A stretch of 63,215 nt of DNA, filler included, from Octopus bimaculoides (taxonomy: Eukaryota), in NCBI RefSeq assembly GCF_001194135.2. It is 7 parts of 6 records of this genome, joined end to end, with 100 filler letters (N's around TTAATTAATTAA, not from the genome) between each part and the next. Parts side by side here need not be neighbours in the genome. Positions count along the whole stretch, not along the records: positions 1 to 19,623 come from NC_068997.1; 6 more parts are not named here. One strand, 5' to 3'. The notes under the pieces are model-generated. The model ran no database searches, was not told the DNA's origin, and was given only the letters and a program-made list of their open reading frames with translations. Each line of letters begins with the position of its first letter. Within the stretch, counting starts at the first letter, position 1. Positions 1 through 13,079 of the stretch are shown in pieces. The position numbers and the translations under genes are program-made.

Positions 1-140
1 GTATCGGATCGATCCCAAAATCTAATCAGTTCGTGCCAGTCACGAGGTCAAACATCCCGGAAAGTTTCATCCGAATCCATCCAGCGGTTCTTGAGATATC
101 TTGTCCACGGACAAACAAACAAACAAACAAACGTGACTGA

Positions 141-147
<7 letters not shown>
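1..147 (+). mobile_element. 3' part of a non-autonomous Helentron/DINE-1-like element (same family as 41681-42055)
   Basis: Near-identical to 41880-42022 (aaagtttcatccgaatccatccagc..cttgagatatcttgtccacggacaaacaaac..gtgactgaaaacaa); runs into (AAC)n at 143-172. Confidence 0.45.
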
Positions 148-174
<27 letters not shown>

Positions 175-189
175 AAAATTAAACGCCCT

Positions 190-730
190 AGTGCAGTACC
201 AGGCAGTGGCTTTCATGGTTTTTGATCTTAAATGACTGGAAGTGTACATTGTTTTGTCTTGGTATAGAAGATGGGCTACAGCAAATATTCTGCTCAATAC
301 CGCAGATTTGCTTGTTAGTTGTTTGACCATAATCAGTTGAGCATGTTCCTTAGTGGCTGACGATACGTACATCTTTGATCACGAACAGAAGTAGTGGGGG
401 AGGATCATAGCCATATTTTGAGAGGAATTCTTTGGGGTTTGAATAATTAATCACTGGAAACATGGGTGTTTTGTTCCTCATTCATAAACACACCTTATTC
501 AGGGACTTTTGAACAGGATGGGCTACTCAACCTGAAGAAAATTTTAACTGGGTCCCACCTGCAAGGTCATGCGCTATTTATCTTGATATGAGATCACCAT
601 GTCGCGCACATATGGTTCTGATGCATGTGCCTGGTGTACACTTATCAGACGGGTAGTCATGATGGATATACTGGGCTTCGTATATTTGTACCCCAGTGTC
701 ACATTGGTGGCATGCGCTGCTCTCTCATTC

Positions 731-731
<1 letters not shown>
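190..731. repeat. Unclassified interspersed repeat of about 540 bp ending in (AAT)n
   Basis: Complex non-coding sequence that I recognise as a common octopus repeat; abuts the (AAT)n tract at 731-782; no coding motifs. Confidence 0.4.
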
Positions 732-1233
<502 letters not shown>

Positions 1234-1270
1234 TTTGCTTCTATATCCTCTGGAGGAGTTACCTCAATCC

Positions 1271-1306
<36 letters not shown>

Positions 1307-1307
<1 letters not shown>

Positions 1308-1752
1308 AGGTGGAGTTAGATTTACTCCCGAAAGACATTTCTGTGTTAAACCGATAAGAGAAGAGGGAGCTTAAAAGCGAACAAAAATACAGGGCATTGA
1401 TCAGGAAGTATAATATTGAAAGAAAGGGTCTGAAATTGGTAATGGAGGAACTGCAACAGCACCACGTTGCAAATAAAGCAAAGATGGTAAGATACGACCA
1501 AAGTATGAAGGGTTACCACCAGAATAGGTTATTCAGAGTAGATCAGAAGAGATTCTATAAAGAAATAAATGGAGAGTGTACAGATGAAAAGTTGATACCA
1601 GATAACATTGACAGTCAAAGGTTTTGGAGTGACATCTGGAGCAAAGGCAAGGAGAACAAGAAGGATGCTGAATGATTGCAAGAACTGAAACAAACAGTAG
1701 TCTGTCCAAAACAGGCAGAACTAGTCATTTCAGTTAGGGAAGCGAAGGAAAT

Positions 1753-1797
<45 letters not shown>

Positions 1798-3248
1798 AGC
1801 AACTGGAAGGCTCTGGGACCAGATGGAGTTCAAGGTGAATGTTTGATAAATGTCATGCACGGATAGTTGCACAGTTCAATACCTTGTTAAATGCCGACCA
1901 AATAACATGTGAGTGCTTGACAGGCCAATATCCTTATGTGGAAAAAATAGAGTCCTGCCACATGAGCAGAAGGATTGCAAGCGTAAGTGATGAGGCATCA
2001 ATATTGAACTCCTGGTAGGCAAAACTGTACTTAGAGACTGTATGAGGAGGAAAATTAATTTAGTCATGTCATGGATCGATTATCGTCAGGCGTACGATAT
2101 GATCCTACATTCTTGGATTATGTAATGTATGAACCTATTTGGTATTTCATAGAATGTTCAACGATTGCTTGGAAAATGTATGGCGAATTGGAGGACGGAT
2201 CTGACAGCATATAAAAGTTTAAGGACAATAGAAATCAGGAGAGGCATCTTCCGAGGGGACTGCTTGTCCCCACCGATCTTTGTACTGCGCATGATATTAC
2301 TAACACTGATTCTGAAGAAAGCAAAGGCTGGGTATGTCTTCAAGAGCCGCCAACAAAAAGTCAACCATTTGTTATTCACGGTTGACCTCATAGTTTATGG
2401 TAAAGATGAATCCCGAGTCAGTTCCCTCGTTGATTCGGTGTATATTTTCACTGCTGATATCAGAATGGTGTTCGGACTGAAAAAATGTGGTGTGTTAGTC
2501 TTGAAGAGAGACAAAATGAAATATATGGACGGGCTAGCGATACCATAAGGGAAGGTTATGAAGCAGATAGAAGAGACGGGCTATAAGTACTTGGAGATAT
2601 TGGAAATGGATTAATTGATGGAGAAAGAAATGACAGAAAAATTTAAGGTAGAGTACTTGCGCGGACTGAGACTTATCATTAAGTCGAAATTAAACGGACG
2701 GAATAAGATCGAAGCTATCAACACCTGGGTGGTTTCACTACTTAGATATGGAGCAGGGGTAATTGCATGGACAGTAGATGAATTAAACAGCTTAGACAGA
2801 AAGACAAGGAAGTGCTGACTAGATATGGGATACTCCACCCAAAAAGTGACACAGATAGACTGTATGTACCAAGAAAAAGAGGGGGAAGTAGCGAACACAA
2901 CATTAGAGTAGAAGAAAACAACATGGTATGTAAAAAGCGCCACAGAAGTGCTATTGTTGGAAGTAAGAAGGCCAGGCTGTGTAGGGTGGGAAATTGTAAA
3001 GATAAAGCACTGCACAAGCACTTGAGAATGAATGAAACTGAAAATGGGTGGATAAGGAAAAGAACGCATGGACAATTTTATAGGGATATTGAAGACAATA
3101 CAGAGAAAAAAGATTACTATGGATGACTAAAAGTGATTTAAGACCAGAAACGGTGGCGCTAATCTGTTCTGCCAAAGGGCAAGCATTTAGAACCAATTAC
3201 ATCATATATAGAATAGACAACACACCAGAAAGTGATGAGTGCCGACTT
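1307..3248 (+). mobile_element. R4/Dong-clade non-LTR retrotransposon, 5'-truncated RT region, pseudogenised
   Basis: QNRLFRVDQKRFY, RFWSDIW, RGIFRGDCLSP, HLLFTVDL, FGLKKC, YKYLG, AINTWVVSLLRYGAG, DRLYVPRKRGG, HGQFYRDI, RPETVALICSA; frameshifts and an internal A40 run at 1757-1796. Confidence 0.85.
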
Positions 3249-4440
3249 TTCCTGGTTAATTTTTACTCCTGTCACCGTTTCATATTCCCTCAAGGTAGAG
3301 CCGATCACCTTGATTTCTGGGCTGTCCAACACGTTGATCAAGAGCCAATCTCGCCGCCATCTCGTCAGTACCAATGCCACAAAAGCCGACACGGACTTTC
3401 CGCAACTTCGATCACGCGGGATGTCCCCCCGCCAAATATTAAACTTTCTCAGAAATAGCTTGAGAGCCAGTACGTACAGAAAGAGGAAAGAGTGGGCATC
3501 CTTGACAGACCGAGCGAGCGATTCTGAAAGATGGCCGTTTACTTTGACCACCGAACAGATACAGCTATACATTGCAGCGATCCAGTCTCTGAAAATGGTA
3601 CCGAAGCCTGCCGCCGCGAGGAGAGCCTGCAAGTATTGATGGTCAACCCTGTCAAAGGCTTTTGATTGATCCAAATTGATCAGAGCCCCACCCATCCCTA
3701 TCCTCTCTATGATGTAGTGCATGAGGTGGAGGTTGTCGTGGATAGATCTGTTCGGAATAGCGCATGTCTTCGCGTTACCGACCAGCTTCCCGTCGACAAG
3801 CGCCAACCTCTTGGCTAACACCTTGGCCAAAATCTTATAATCTGCGTTCAGCAGAGTTATAAGCCTAAAACTATCTAATTGGTCCCTCTTATTCGGGTCC
3901 TTTCTCAACAGTACCACCACGCCATGGCTCACAGTACTAGGTATTCTCCCGTTCTGCTGTCAGTTGTAGTAGACATCCATCAAGAAATCACTGAACAAGT
4001 CTGGTACATGAAGATAAAACTCGAAAGGAAGAACATCCGGCCCTAGAGACTTCTCCCATGTGCAGCTCATCATCGTGTCCCGTATATCTTCGGCTGTTAT
4101 CGGCATTTCGCAGAACTCCGCATTACTGGCCGAAAGGTGCGTCATGCCATCAAGTTAGGAGGTGAAATCCACCTCCATCCCGACCCACCACGCACCCAGA
4201 ACAGCCGGCAAAGTGCTGCTGAAATTCCGTACATATCTCTTTGGACTCGTGTAGCTTACGCCCATCCCGGCCCGTCAAAGACCGAATTGTGACTTTGTTG
4301 CCATGTTGCACCTCTGTCACCCGGGCCCATCGAACGACTTTCGTCCCTTCATGCACTTAGCTCTGACGACGCAACCTTCATGCTTGGTATTAAAAGCTGC
4401 TAAATCACAGTAAGGCATAGGAAAACCAAAAATCCAAACG
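3249..4440 (-). mobile_element. Tx1-clade (L1-like) LINE ORF2 fragment, RT region, degenerate
   Basis: FRLITLLNADYKILAKVLAKRL, LINLDQSKAFDRVDH, KSLGPDVLPFEFY; homologous to the plus-strand copy at 7750-10200. Confidence 0.85.
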
Positions 4441-4554
4441 AAGTTAAAAACCAGAAAAAGAACTGAAATTATCTGACTGGCAGTAGAAGGCGTTGCATGG
4501 TAGGTTACCAAAGATAGTTGCTGTAAGTAGTAGTAGTGAGACATGGTTATGTTT

Positions 4555-4636
4555 GTACTATAAAGTATGAAATATAAAATGCTGTGGGACTTTAACATTC
4601 AGACTGACAAAGTAACAGAAGCTAGAAGGCCTGATT

Positions 4637-4678
<42 letters not shown>

Positions 4679-5010
4679 ATAAAGAGAAGAGAAAGTGCCA
4701 AATATGAGAGGTATAGAAAAATAGCAAAGTACCAGAACCTAACCATTGAATTACAGAGACAATGGAAAGTGCGGGTAAAATGAATCCCAATAGATATAGG
4801 TGCATTAGGAATTATCCCTAGAAATTTGAACAGGCGGATAGAGGAAATAGGCATAAAACCCAGTTTAGTACAGCTGCAGAAAACAGTGCTATTAGGGATA
4901 CCTAGGATACTTAGAAGGGTTCTTGGTATCTAAGGTAACGTGTTGTAGCCCGATGTTAGGATTTTTCTTTTCCAACAGTCTAATCTGTTGTGTGATTATG
5001 AAAATAATAA
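4555..5010 (+). mobile_element. R4/Dong-clade 3' end (RLE nuclease), second subfamily
   Basis: KMLWDFNIQTDKVTEARRPDL(V)13DKEKRKC...IGALG...QLQKTVLLGIPRILRRVLGI*; short 3' UTR ending aaaataataa. Confidence 0.8.
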
Positions 5011-5059
5011 AAGTAATCATTAGTCACACGTGCAAAACAAAAATAATGTTTTCCGTCTT

Positions 5060-5845
5060 TAAGGAAGCCCAAAAAATACAAGAAAGAAATCATTATTCCT
5101 GACAACTATGAAGCAAAAGAAGAAACAACAAAAGCTGTAAAATAACTAAAATCCAAACTTAAGCTGGAACAGCAACCTATCATAATAAAAGTAAGAAAAG
5201 CCCATAGATGGCAAATACTAGGATAAGCTAAACAGAAAAGAAATATAGACAAATTAAAATCCCAACAAGGGCTGAGAAGCTCAGGACTCACATCAGAGGC
5301 TGAAGGTTTTTTAATTGCAACACAAGATCAATGCCTTCCTACCAGAAATTAACAGCAAGTAACCGCAGAATATTTGGAGATGGACAAGAAACAATAAATC
5401 ATATTGTTTCTAGTAAAGAATGAATATATCCACAGACATGACAGAGTTGGGACCTATTTACACTGGAAGCTATAGCAACACTATGGAATGGCAACAGAAA
5501 AACGATGGTATAGACACACCCCTGGAAAAGTCTCAGAAAATGACAAAGCAACTATACTCTAGAATATGCCAATAATACAGATAGAGAAATCAAGGCTAAT
5601 AGACTGGATATAGTTGTCAGACATTACCAAGAAAAAAATGCCTTCTGATCGATGTATCAATATCAACAGATGACCATGTTTCTCTAAAAGAAACGGAGAA
5701 ACTTTCAAAATACAAAGAACTGGAAATAGAGGTAAGCTGAATGTGGATCTAAAAACAGAAACAATCCCTATAATAGATGCATTAGGTATGATCAAAAGAC
5801 ATTCTGAACAATGGGATCAAAATACCAGGACTTACGAATGTATAT
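5060..5845 (+). mobile_element. R4/Dong-clade C-terminal region (Zn knuckle remnant + RLE), third subfamily
   Basis: SEAEGFLIATQDQCLPTRN, QETINHIVS, YIHRHDRVGTYLHWKL, KANRLDIVV, EKLSKYKELEIEV; stops and frameshifts. Confidence 0.8.
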
Positions 5846-6312
5846 AACACTTTGCAACAAGTATGGACTTCACAGAGCAAAAACCTGGTACGACCACAAA
5901 CCTGAAGGCATCGTCGAAAATAGAAATGCAAAGATCCTATGGGATTTTATGATTCAGTGCGACCATGAGATAAAGAATAGGAAGCCAGACATAGTCTTAA
6001 TTGAGAAAGAAAGCAAGCTATGCTAGATCATGGATATAACATGCCCATGCGGTCGATAAAAAAGGTGGTAGTAGTACCAAAAATTGTCGGAGCCCTGGGA
6101 ACAGTGAGTAAAAATCTTGAGAAGTACATGGAACAAATAGGGGCTGCAATAAAGGTGGAGCACTTGCAGAAAACAACACGGCTTGGAACCGCTCGAATAC
6201 TCCGGAAGGTGCTTGAAAAATAAGAGGTGTTACCTTAGTTCACTGGTAGTGAACAGCTGACATTGTAATACATCTCAAGCGTTAGAAGCTGTGCAAAGGC
6301 AATAATAATAAT
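5846..6312 (+). mobile_element. R4/Dong-clade 3' end (RLE) with (AAT)4 tail
   Basis: LCNKYGLHRAKTWYDHKPEGIVENRNAKILWDFMIQCDHEIKNRKPDIVLIEKE...VGALGTV...LQKTTRLGTARILRKVLEK* (stop 6221-6223); tail at 6301-6312. Confidence 0.85.
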
Positions 6313-6339
6313 ATATTAAAAGGATTGCCGTAACTCCTC

Positions 6340-7400
6340 ACAAACGTACAAAGACAATACGAAGAGCGCGATGTGATTGCAATAGATATTTTATTGGTTG
6401 AACGATATTTCGACAGCTTACCTGTCTTTGTCAAGTTCAAAATGAAAAGTGATACATAGAAATTCAAAATTATAGAAATTCAAATTCAAAAGTTTTAATT
6501 TTCAATTTCGCGAAAAGAAAAAGAAAGAAAATACGAAAAAAAAAGAAAAGGAAAAAGAAGAATATCTAATCAAACTTTTGTATAAATATAACGAAACTCC
6601 TCTGTTCTTTTGTTCATTGTTCCAGGCTGTGATGTTAATAACTCACAAACATATTTCTCCTCATGCATTTTGAGGACTGAAAGTGTAGCAGATTCAGAAT
6701 ATATTCTGAGAATACGTACTTTCAAGTCTGTCAAAATTGCTGCCGCTTGATGTAAAATGTTCTGTCGAACTACTGTTATTGTGCCTGATGTCAAATCTGT
6801 GCCCATCGAATCTTTTGTTCAATTGTTCTGTTGTACAACCAACATAAATCAAGTTGTGTTTCGTGCATTCTGTCGTGTACCCCAAATGGGAATCTCCACA
6901 TGTCCCACCTTCTGTGTAAATCATAACATTTCTGTTATGATTCCGGATGGAATTTACCTGACTCATGTTGTTGCACAATGAACAGGACTTACCTCTCTTG
7001 CGGCTGTTTTTCAAGGTACAGCGTGCAGATACTCCAATGTTAATTTTCTTGGAGTCAGAAATACAGGACAATAATTCTCTTATATTCTTTTTCTGCCTTA
7101 AAGCTACAATAGGCGGCTGAAGAAATATCTGTTTGAAACAAAGACATTTTTTGCCACATGCTGGTATCTTTCGTGCAACACTTTTGAAATGCCAGCGAAA
7201 TTTCGGTGCCAGTTAATCACTAAAAGAGTTCTGTCATCTATTGTATTTTGTTTGCTAAAATTACGCGTGAAGGTTTGACCACTTTTTGCTAATCTTAATT
7301 ATTTCATTTACTATTTCTTTTAATCGTGATTCACTGTAACCGCGTTTGACATAATGGTGTATAAAAGCATTTGCATGTTTCCAGTAATCCCCTATGTCAG
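6340..7400 (-). mobile_element. Penelope-like element 3' part: GIY-YIG endonuclease plus terminal region
   Basis: ORF 6694-7071 (-) has CTKHNLIYVGCTTEQLNKRFDGHRFDI (GIY-YIG second motif and downstream helix); hammerhead motif in the 3' terminus. Confidence 0.8.
6398..6440 (-). ncRNA. Minimal type I hammerhead ribozyme motif (U3-A8 variant)
   Basis: Minus strand: TTGAAC (stem I) TTGACAA A GACAG gtaag CTGTC (stem II) GAA ATAT (palindromic stem III) C GTTCAA (stem I, 6/6 pairs). Confidence 0.7.
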
Positions 7401-7744
7401 TACAAATCTGTTTTATCCTCAAAAATTGGGATTTTGGATTTGACCGTATTATATGATGTGGAAGATCGGAGCGGCGTTGGAGGTAAATGTGGGATTATGT
7501 GGGCTTGCAAAATAGCTCTGTCACTATTCTGCCTCCAGAAAACTTAACTTTTGTGTGCAAAAATTCAACGAAAGTTTTTGAAAAACAAGACGTAAATTTT
7601 ATGTTGGACTTAAAGCCATTGCTTTTAGCATAACAGTCACAGAAATGCAAGAAGTCAATTAAACTATCCTGTGATCTTTCCCAGACAAAAAAAAAAAGAT
7701 GTCCTCAATGAACCGTAATGAACTGTATTGGTTCATGACTATGT

Positions 7745-10200
7745 AGGGATTTGAATGTCTTCAGTAACTGTGTCCCGGATTTCTTCATGAAGACATTAGC
7801 GAAATTAACTGCCACAGGGGTACCCATGGCGCCACCCCTCGTTTAATGGTAAAATTTTTGTGCAAATTTCACAAACCTGCTCAGTCGTTTCCAGTTGGCT
7901 GACAAATCCCGACTGGATTCTCAGAATGTGCCTATGTGGACATGGGTAAACAGCATCGGGTCTTCCATATAGTATCGAGACAGACTATTCTATACGGTTG
8001 ACCCAGATAGGATCGATTGGCAGGCCCCCAGATACTGGAAGCAAACGCGTCATTACTGGTGTGTCAAGCTTTCAGAAATGGGGTTAGTCTATCGGAAGTT
8101 GTCGGGTGCAATCGTCAACAAACGATGCTGGATAGCCCTGAAAATGGCAAATACATTGGAGGCGTTAGGATTTAGTTAGAGGTATCTAGAATAAAGGAAG
8201 AGCTAGTTAGGAAGCTAGAAGAGGTAATTAGAAGAGGTATAGCAACTGACGCATTGGCGGCCAGATTGGCTCTTGATCAATTCTCCAATGCTAAGCACGA
8301 AAGTTACGTTATCAGAGCGAGGCTCATGCGCTAAGCACGAGGGAACGAAAGCCGTTCGATAAGCCCGAGTGTCGGAGGTGCAAGGTGATAACAAAAACAC
8401 AGTTCGGTCTTTGACAGGCCGAGTAGGGCTCTTGCTGCTAGAATCCAAACAGATGTGTGCGGAATTTCGGCACTTTGCCGAACTGTATGGGGCGCGCGGT
8501 GGATCGGAAACAGGGGTGATTTCATCTTCTACCTCGACAGCTACCGTGGTTTTCGCTAGGGATGCGGAGTTCTGCGACGTGCCTATAACAGCCGAAGATA
8601 TAAGGGGCGCGATGACAAGCTGCACAAAAGAGAGTCTTTGGGGCTGGATGGTCTGCCCTTCGAGCTTTATCTTCACATGCCAGACATGTTCGGTGATGTC
8701 TTGTCAGATGTCTACTGCAACTGGCAGCGAAACGGGAGAATTCCCTGTGCTGTGAGCCGTGGAGTGATTTTGCTTTTGAGAAAAAAAAACCAGAACAGGG
8801 GAACCGAATAGATAATTTTAGGCCCGTAACTCTGCTGAATGCAAATTATAGGATTTTGGCCTTGTTATCAGCCGAAAGGTTGGCGTTTGTTGTCGATAAA
8901 CTGGTCGGTGACTCGCAGATATGGGCTATCTCAATCAGAGCTGACCACATCCTCCACCTCATGTATTACATCGTTCCGCCAAACATGTTCCTTCTCGCTC
9001 CTTCTGTACGTGCTGACTCTCAAGCCTCTGCTGCGGAAGCTGGATGTTTCAAGGTTATTCCTGCGTGAACTGAGATGCAGAAGTTTCGCGTTAGCTTATG
9101 CGAATAACGTCACCGTAATAGTGTTGAATACGAAACACATGGAGGTGATCGGTGACAGAAACGAAGATTAACCAGAAGTCGGTGGGCATTCATCTTGGCA
9201 CCCGATGAGGCATGTCTTTGCCACTCGACAGCGTCGGCGGAGGGGGTGCTTGACAGATGGATTGGTTAAATTGCTGGGGCCTGCTTTTCTCTGGACTTCC
9301 AGGTAGACAAGAACTGGGAGAAAGTGACGAGCAAGGCTTGCCATACTCACCCATAAATGGGTCGAGAGGAAGCTGTTCCTGAAAGGCTTGTTGGTGGTGG
9401 TGAAAGCGTACATCGCTTCCGTCATCTTCCACCGCCTGACCATTGTCCCTTGTTCAGCTTCGTGGCTGAACCAAGCTGGAGCGCTTGCTCTTCTACTTTC
9501 TGTAGAAGGGACGTGTTTCGTTCGTCATACGGCCCATCTGCTGTCAGCAGCCGCTGAGTGGATTTCTGGACATATAATGGTTAATGATGTGCTGAGGTTG
9601 CGACATCTCCAGCGTTTTCTTAACGGTGAGAAGGTATAGTCGTCGTTTGTTTGACCGGATTTTCTGCAGCTCGTTTCATTGACGGAGCTATAGTCCTGGA
9701 TCAAGGGTAGACAGAGAAAGCGATAATGTCCTCGTAAAAAGTCTGGGTGTCAGGAGAGACCAATTAACTGGTCTTATATAAAGGGCTTTTAGGCAAAATC
9801 CTATGGATGATTTCCAGAAATCTATGGCATGGTAGTGCTACCGAGGAACTCCGCCTGTTCAAGACAAGCTCAACTGGCAAGGAAGTGCTTTTGGATGGAC
9901 CTGTCCAAGATGTGGCCAGGGTGATGAAACCGTTCTGCGTGTACTCATCCAGCGTCCGGGCATTGCTGATTGTTGACGCGTGTGCGACGGATACGGTTAT
10001 GAACCGAATTCATCGAGAAGATCGACGTGCACCCTTATTTTGTCTAGGAAGAACAGGCAGTTTTCCTCTCCCTGGTGGCCATGGCGAAGTGGGGTGATAA
10101 GTGGACGAGGTCTAAAGGACTGAAGATAGATACTCTCCTCTTCGGCTTAGCCATCATAACTTTTTCAAGTTCCATTTGAAAAAGGAAGTGAGGTTGAACT
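7745..10200 (+). mobile_element. Tx1-clade LINE ORF2 (APE end, RT, C-terminus), heavily degenerate
   Basis: TWVNSIGSSI*YRDRLF (APE), MFGDVLSDVYCNWQ, LLNANYRILALL, LLLYVLTLKPLLRKL, ALAYANNVTV, VVVKAYIASVIFHRLT. Confidence 0.8.
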
Positions 10201-10356
10201 TTGCCTTTCATCCTGTCAGGATCAATAAAATAAGTACCAGTTGAGTACAGGGGTCAATGTAATCGACATACCTCTCCCCCAAAATTGCTGGCCGAATGCT
10301 TCCATTATTTTTGTTGAAAAGGGGGCACTACTTTAATTTACTTTTCTTTATCACCG

Positions 10357-10419
<63 letters not shown>

Positions 10420-11319
10420 GTGTTGCTGTTACTTGGAGGACGAGGTCAGAGTAAATGAATTGTTTTGTTGTGTTAACTGTATCGTTAGTGCGGCTAACTT
10501 TTCTTTTTAATCGTTTCTTGTTTTGTTGGTAAATATTTCACTTCATTTAATTCACCAATATTAGTGGAAAGAGAGATAACCATCACATAACTTCGTTTAC
10601 CGTCCTCTGTAATTAGAAGACACTTCATCACTTCACCCATTTAAACTCTTTTAGCCTCCCCAATAATTAGGTGACACTTCATTGTACATATGTAAGCATA
10701 CACACTCGTTTGCTATCCCTATAATTAAGTGACACTTCACCTATGTAAGAAATACATTTTTGTTTTGTTTCGAAGTGAGCCTCAGACACAGGATTAAAGA
10801 TTGTTCAGTTGAAATCAAACATATTACTAGCTTAATAAACGTTTATCGTGTTACATATATAACCTAATGAATACTGTTGGCTGTTGTTGGTTAACCCCAG
10901 GTCAGTGGCCCATGCAGTGTCGCAAGTGACAAATCTAACATTTTGCGTTGTGCAAGATTCCCACTCCATCATTATATTACCACCACCAATTTTATTTTTC
11001 TTATTTATCGGCAACCTTCTCAGAGTTTTGTTTAATTTTCTCCTATATTTATAATGACCAGGTAGAAGGAAGGAACGTGTTGATTCATCAAAGAAGATAA
11101 CATTTTGGAAACTGTTTTCATAAAATATTGTTTCTTTTCTACGTTTTTCCTTGTTTGATAACTAAATTGTTCAATTAAACCTAAATGTAATTTGTTATTT
11201 ATTTGGAAAGATTTTAACGGTGCGCCTGAATTTTATTATTCTGTTTTCTTTCTTTTTTTTTTGTAGGGAATTCTTTTAGGAGAATAGCTATTCTTTGTAA
11301 AATAGTCCACTAGATCTAG

Positions 11320-11510
11320 AATTCTGAGCGCTGAGCGAATTCTTTCTGTTTTCTTCAGCTGTCCCAATTAAAAATACTTCTCACGGCCAAATCATGTCAT
11401 ATTCTCCTTCGGCATTTATCGTACATTCTTATAATATGTCTACACCAATATAGATATCGTTGCTGCCTACATTAAGGGTTGAGAGTTTTAATTCCCCGGC
11501 ACTCTTTCTC
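11320..11510 (-). mobile_element. Possible decayed LINE APE endonuclease N-terminus (RTE-like)
   Basis: Minus-strand reading ELKLSTLNVGS..GVDIL*E resembles APE motifs (KIxTLNVG..VDILxxQE); contains stops. Confidence 0.3.
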
Positions 11511-13043
11511 TGCTTATCATCACCATTCTATACTATTCAAGCTAACATTACACACACACACCCAACAGAATAACCAAGCTGAGGTAATTATCTGTTTCAG
11601 TTAATTTTCAATAACTTTATACATACATTTACCATACGAAAGAAAAACAACATATATGTATACGAATATCGTACACACTTCGGTCGTTCTTTTACTAATC
11701 TTCCGCCAATGTCATGTGATTCAATAAGCAAGGCGTTGTGCAAGATTACTTCAGAAAGAAATTCCATTAAATTTCAATATATACACTAAAAAGTATTATG
11801 ATTATTTTGCAGCAAAATTATCTCTGATAGTCACATGACAAAACGTTTTCTTTTACTAAACCTTAACACACCTACAACATTTTTCATAGAAATGCAAGAC
11901 GTTGCATTTCTCTTCTGTCCTCGATGATCTTGTGTTTCAATCCATGTCTCAATTCTGTGCCAAAATCATCAGTCAAACTTTTATTAGATCTTTAACTCTC
12001 TGGAACGAAAACTCAACAAACATTTTTTCTACATTGACCAGAGAAATAGGGACGACTTTTCAAATGCTAACGGTATTGTCTCTCTTTGGACTAAAACATA
12101 GAATACAAGTCAAGGAATGAAATAAACACAAAAAGATTCAAATTTGTTTACCGTCTCCATACTTGGTCGGCACAGATCTTCTCAACTGATATAAATTAGT
12201 ATCACTGGCTTTCATTAGTGTCTTGTCTGTTGAGTCACTTCGGTATAAAGNNNNNNNNNNNNNNNNNNNNNNNNNNNNNNNNNNNNNNNNNNNNNNNNNN
12301 NNNNNNNNNNNNNNNNNNNNNNNNNNNNNNNNNNNNNNNNNNNNNNNNNNNNNNNNNNNNNNNNNNNNNNNNNNNNNNNNNNNNNNNNNNNNNNNNNNNN
12401 NNNNNNNNNNNNNNNNNNNNNNNNNNNNNNNNNNNNNNNNNNNNNNNNNNNNNNNNNNNNNNNNNNNNNNNNNNNNNNNNNNNNNNNNNNNNNNNNNNNN
12501 NNNNNNNNAACCAAAAGAGAAAGACGAAAGTGAAAGATTATGAAAATAGATAATAATAATAAAGAAATAGAATATTAAATGTTTGAGGATCAATATTGAT
12601 GCTTTTAACAGAAAGAAGTGATAAAGTTGTTACTACCATAGTGTAGGTACAAAGCATCTTGGGATATATTATCTGTTTAATGAAAATGACTGCGAATGAG
12701 TTTTTAAAGTTGTTTAATTAATTCTATTATTTAAATGATTCACATGTTATATCCTATAATATTTAACAGTTGTGTATTGTAAAGTTGACCCAAATTTTAG
12801 CACTTTGTTATATTTAACAAATTCTTTACAAACTGACGAAAAACTGAATTATACCGAGTGGAAATTATGTTAAGAAGTGAATTCGCCATCATACGGCCGT
12901 TTTGTATTGAACTCAGAATTTTAACTAATTTACTTTGAGAAGGAAAATATTTTCCTGTATTGAACTTATAAATTAAATGTTTGTGCAGTAATTTTCATAA
13001 TTTTCATAGATATAGGTCTATATATTGATATGAATCTACTTAC

Positions 13044-13079
13044 GTCCATTTCCAAATTTCAATGAGATGTAGAAGAGAA
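13044..13079 (-). CDS. Candidate 36-nt micro-exon of an unidentified host gene
   Basis: Acceptor aaattttcgtttcag, donor GAC|GTAAGT; two open frames (SLLHLIEIWKW or LFYISLKFGNG). Confidence 0.35.
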
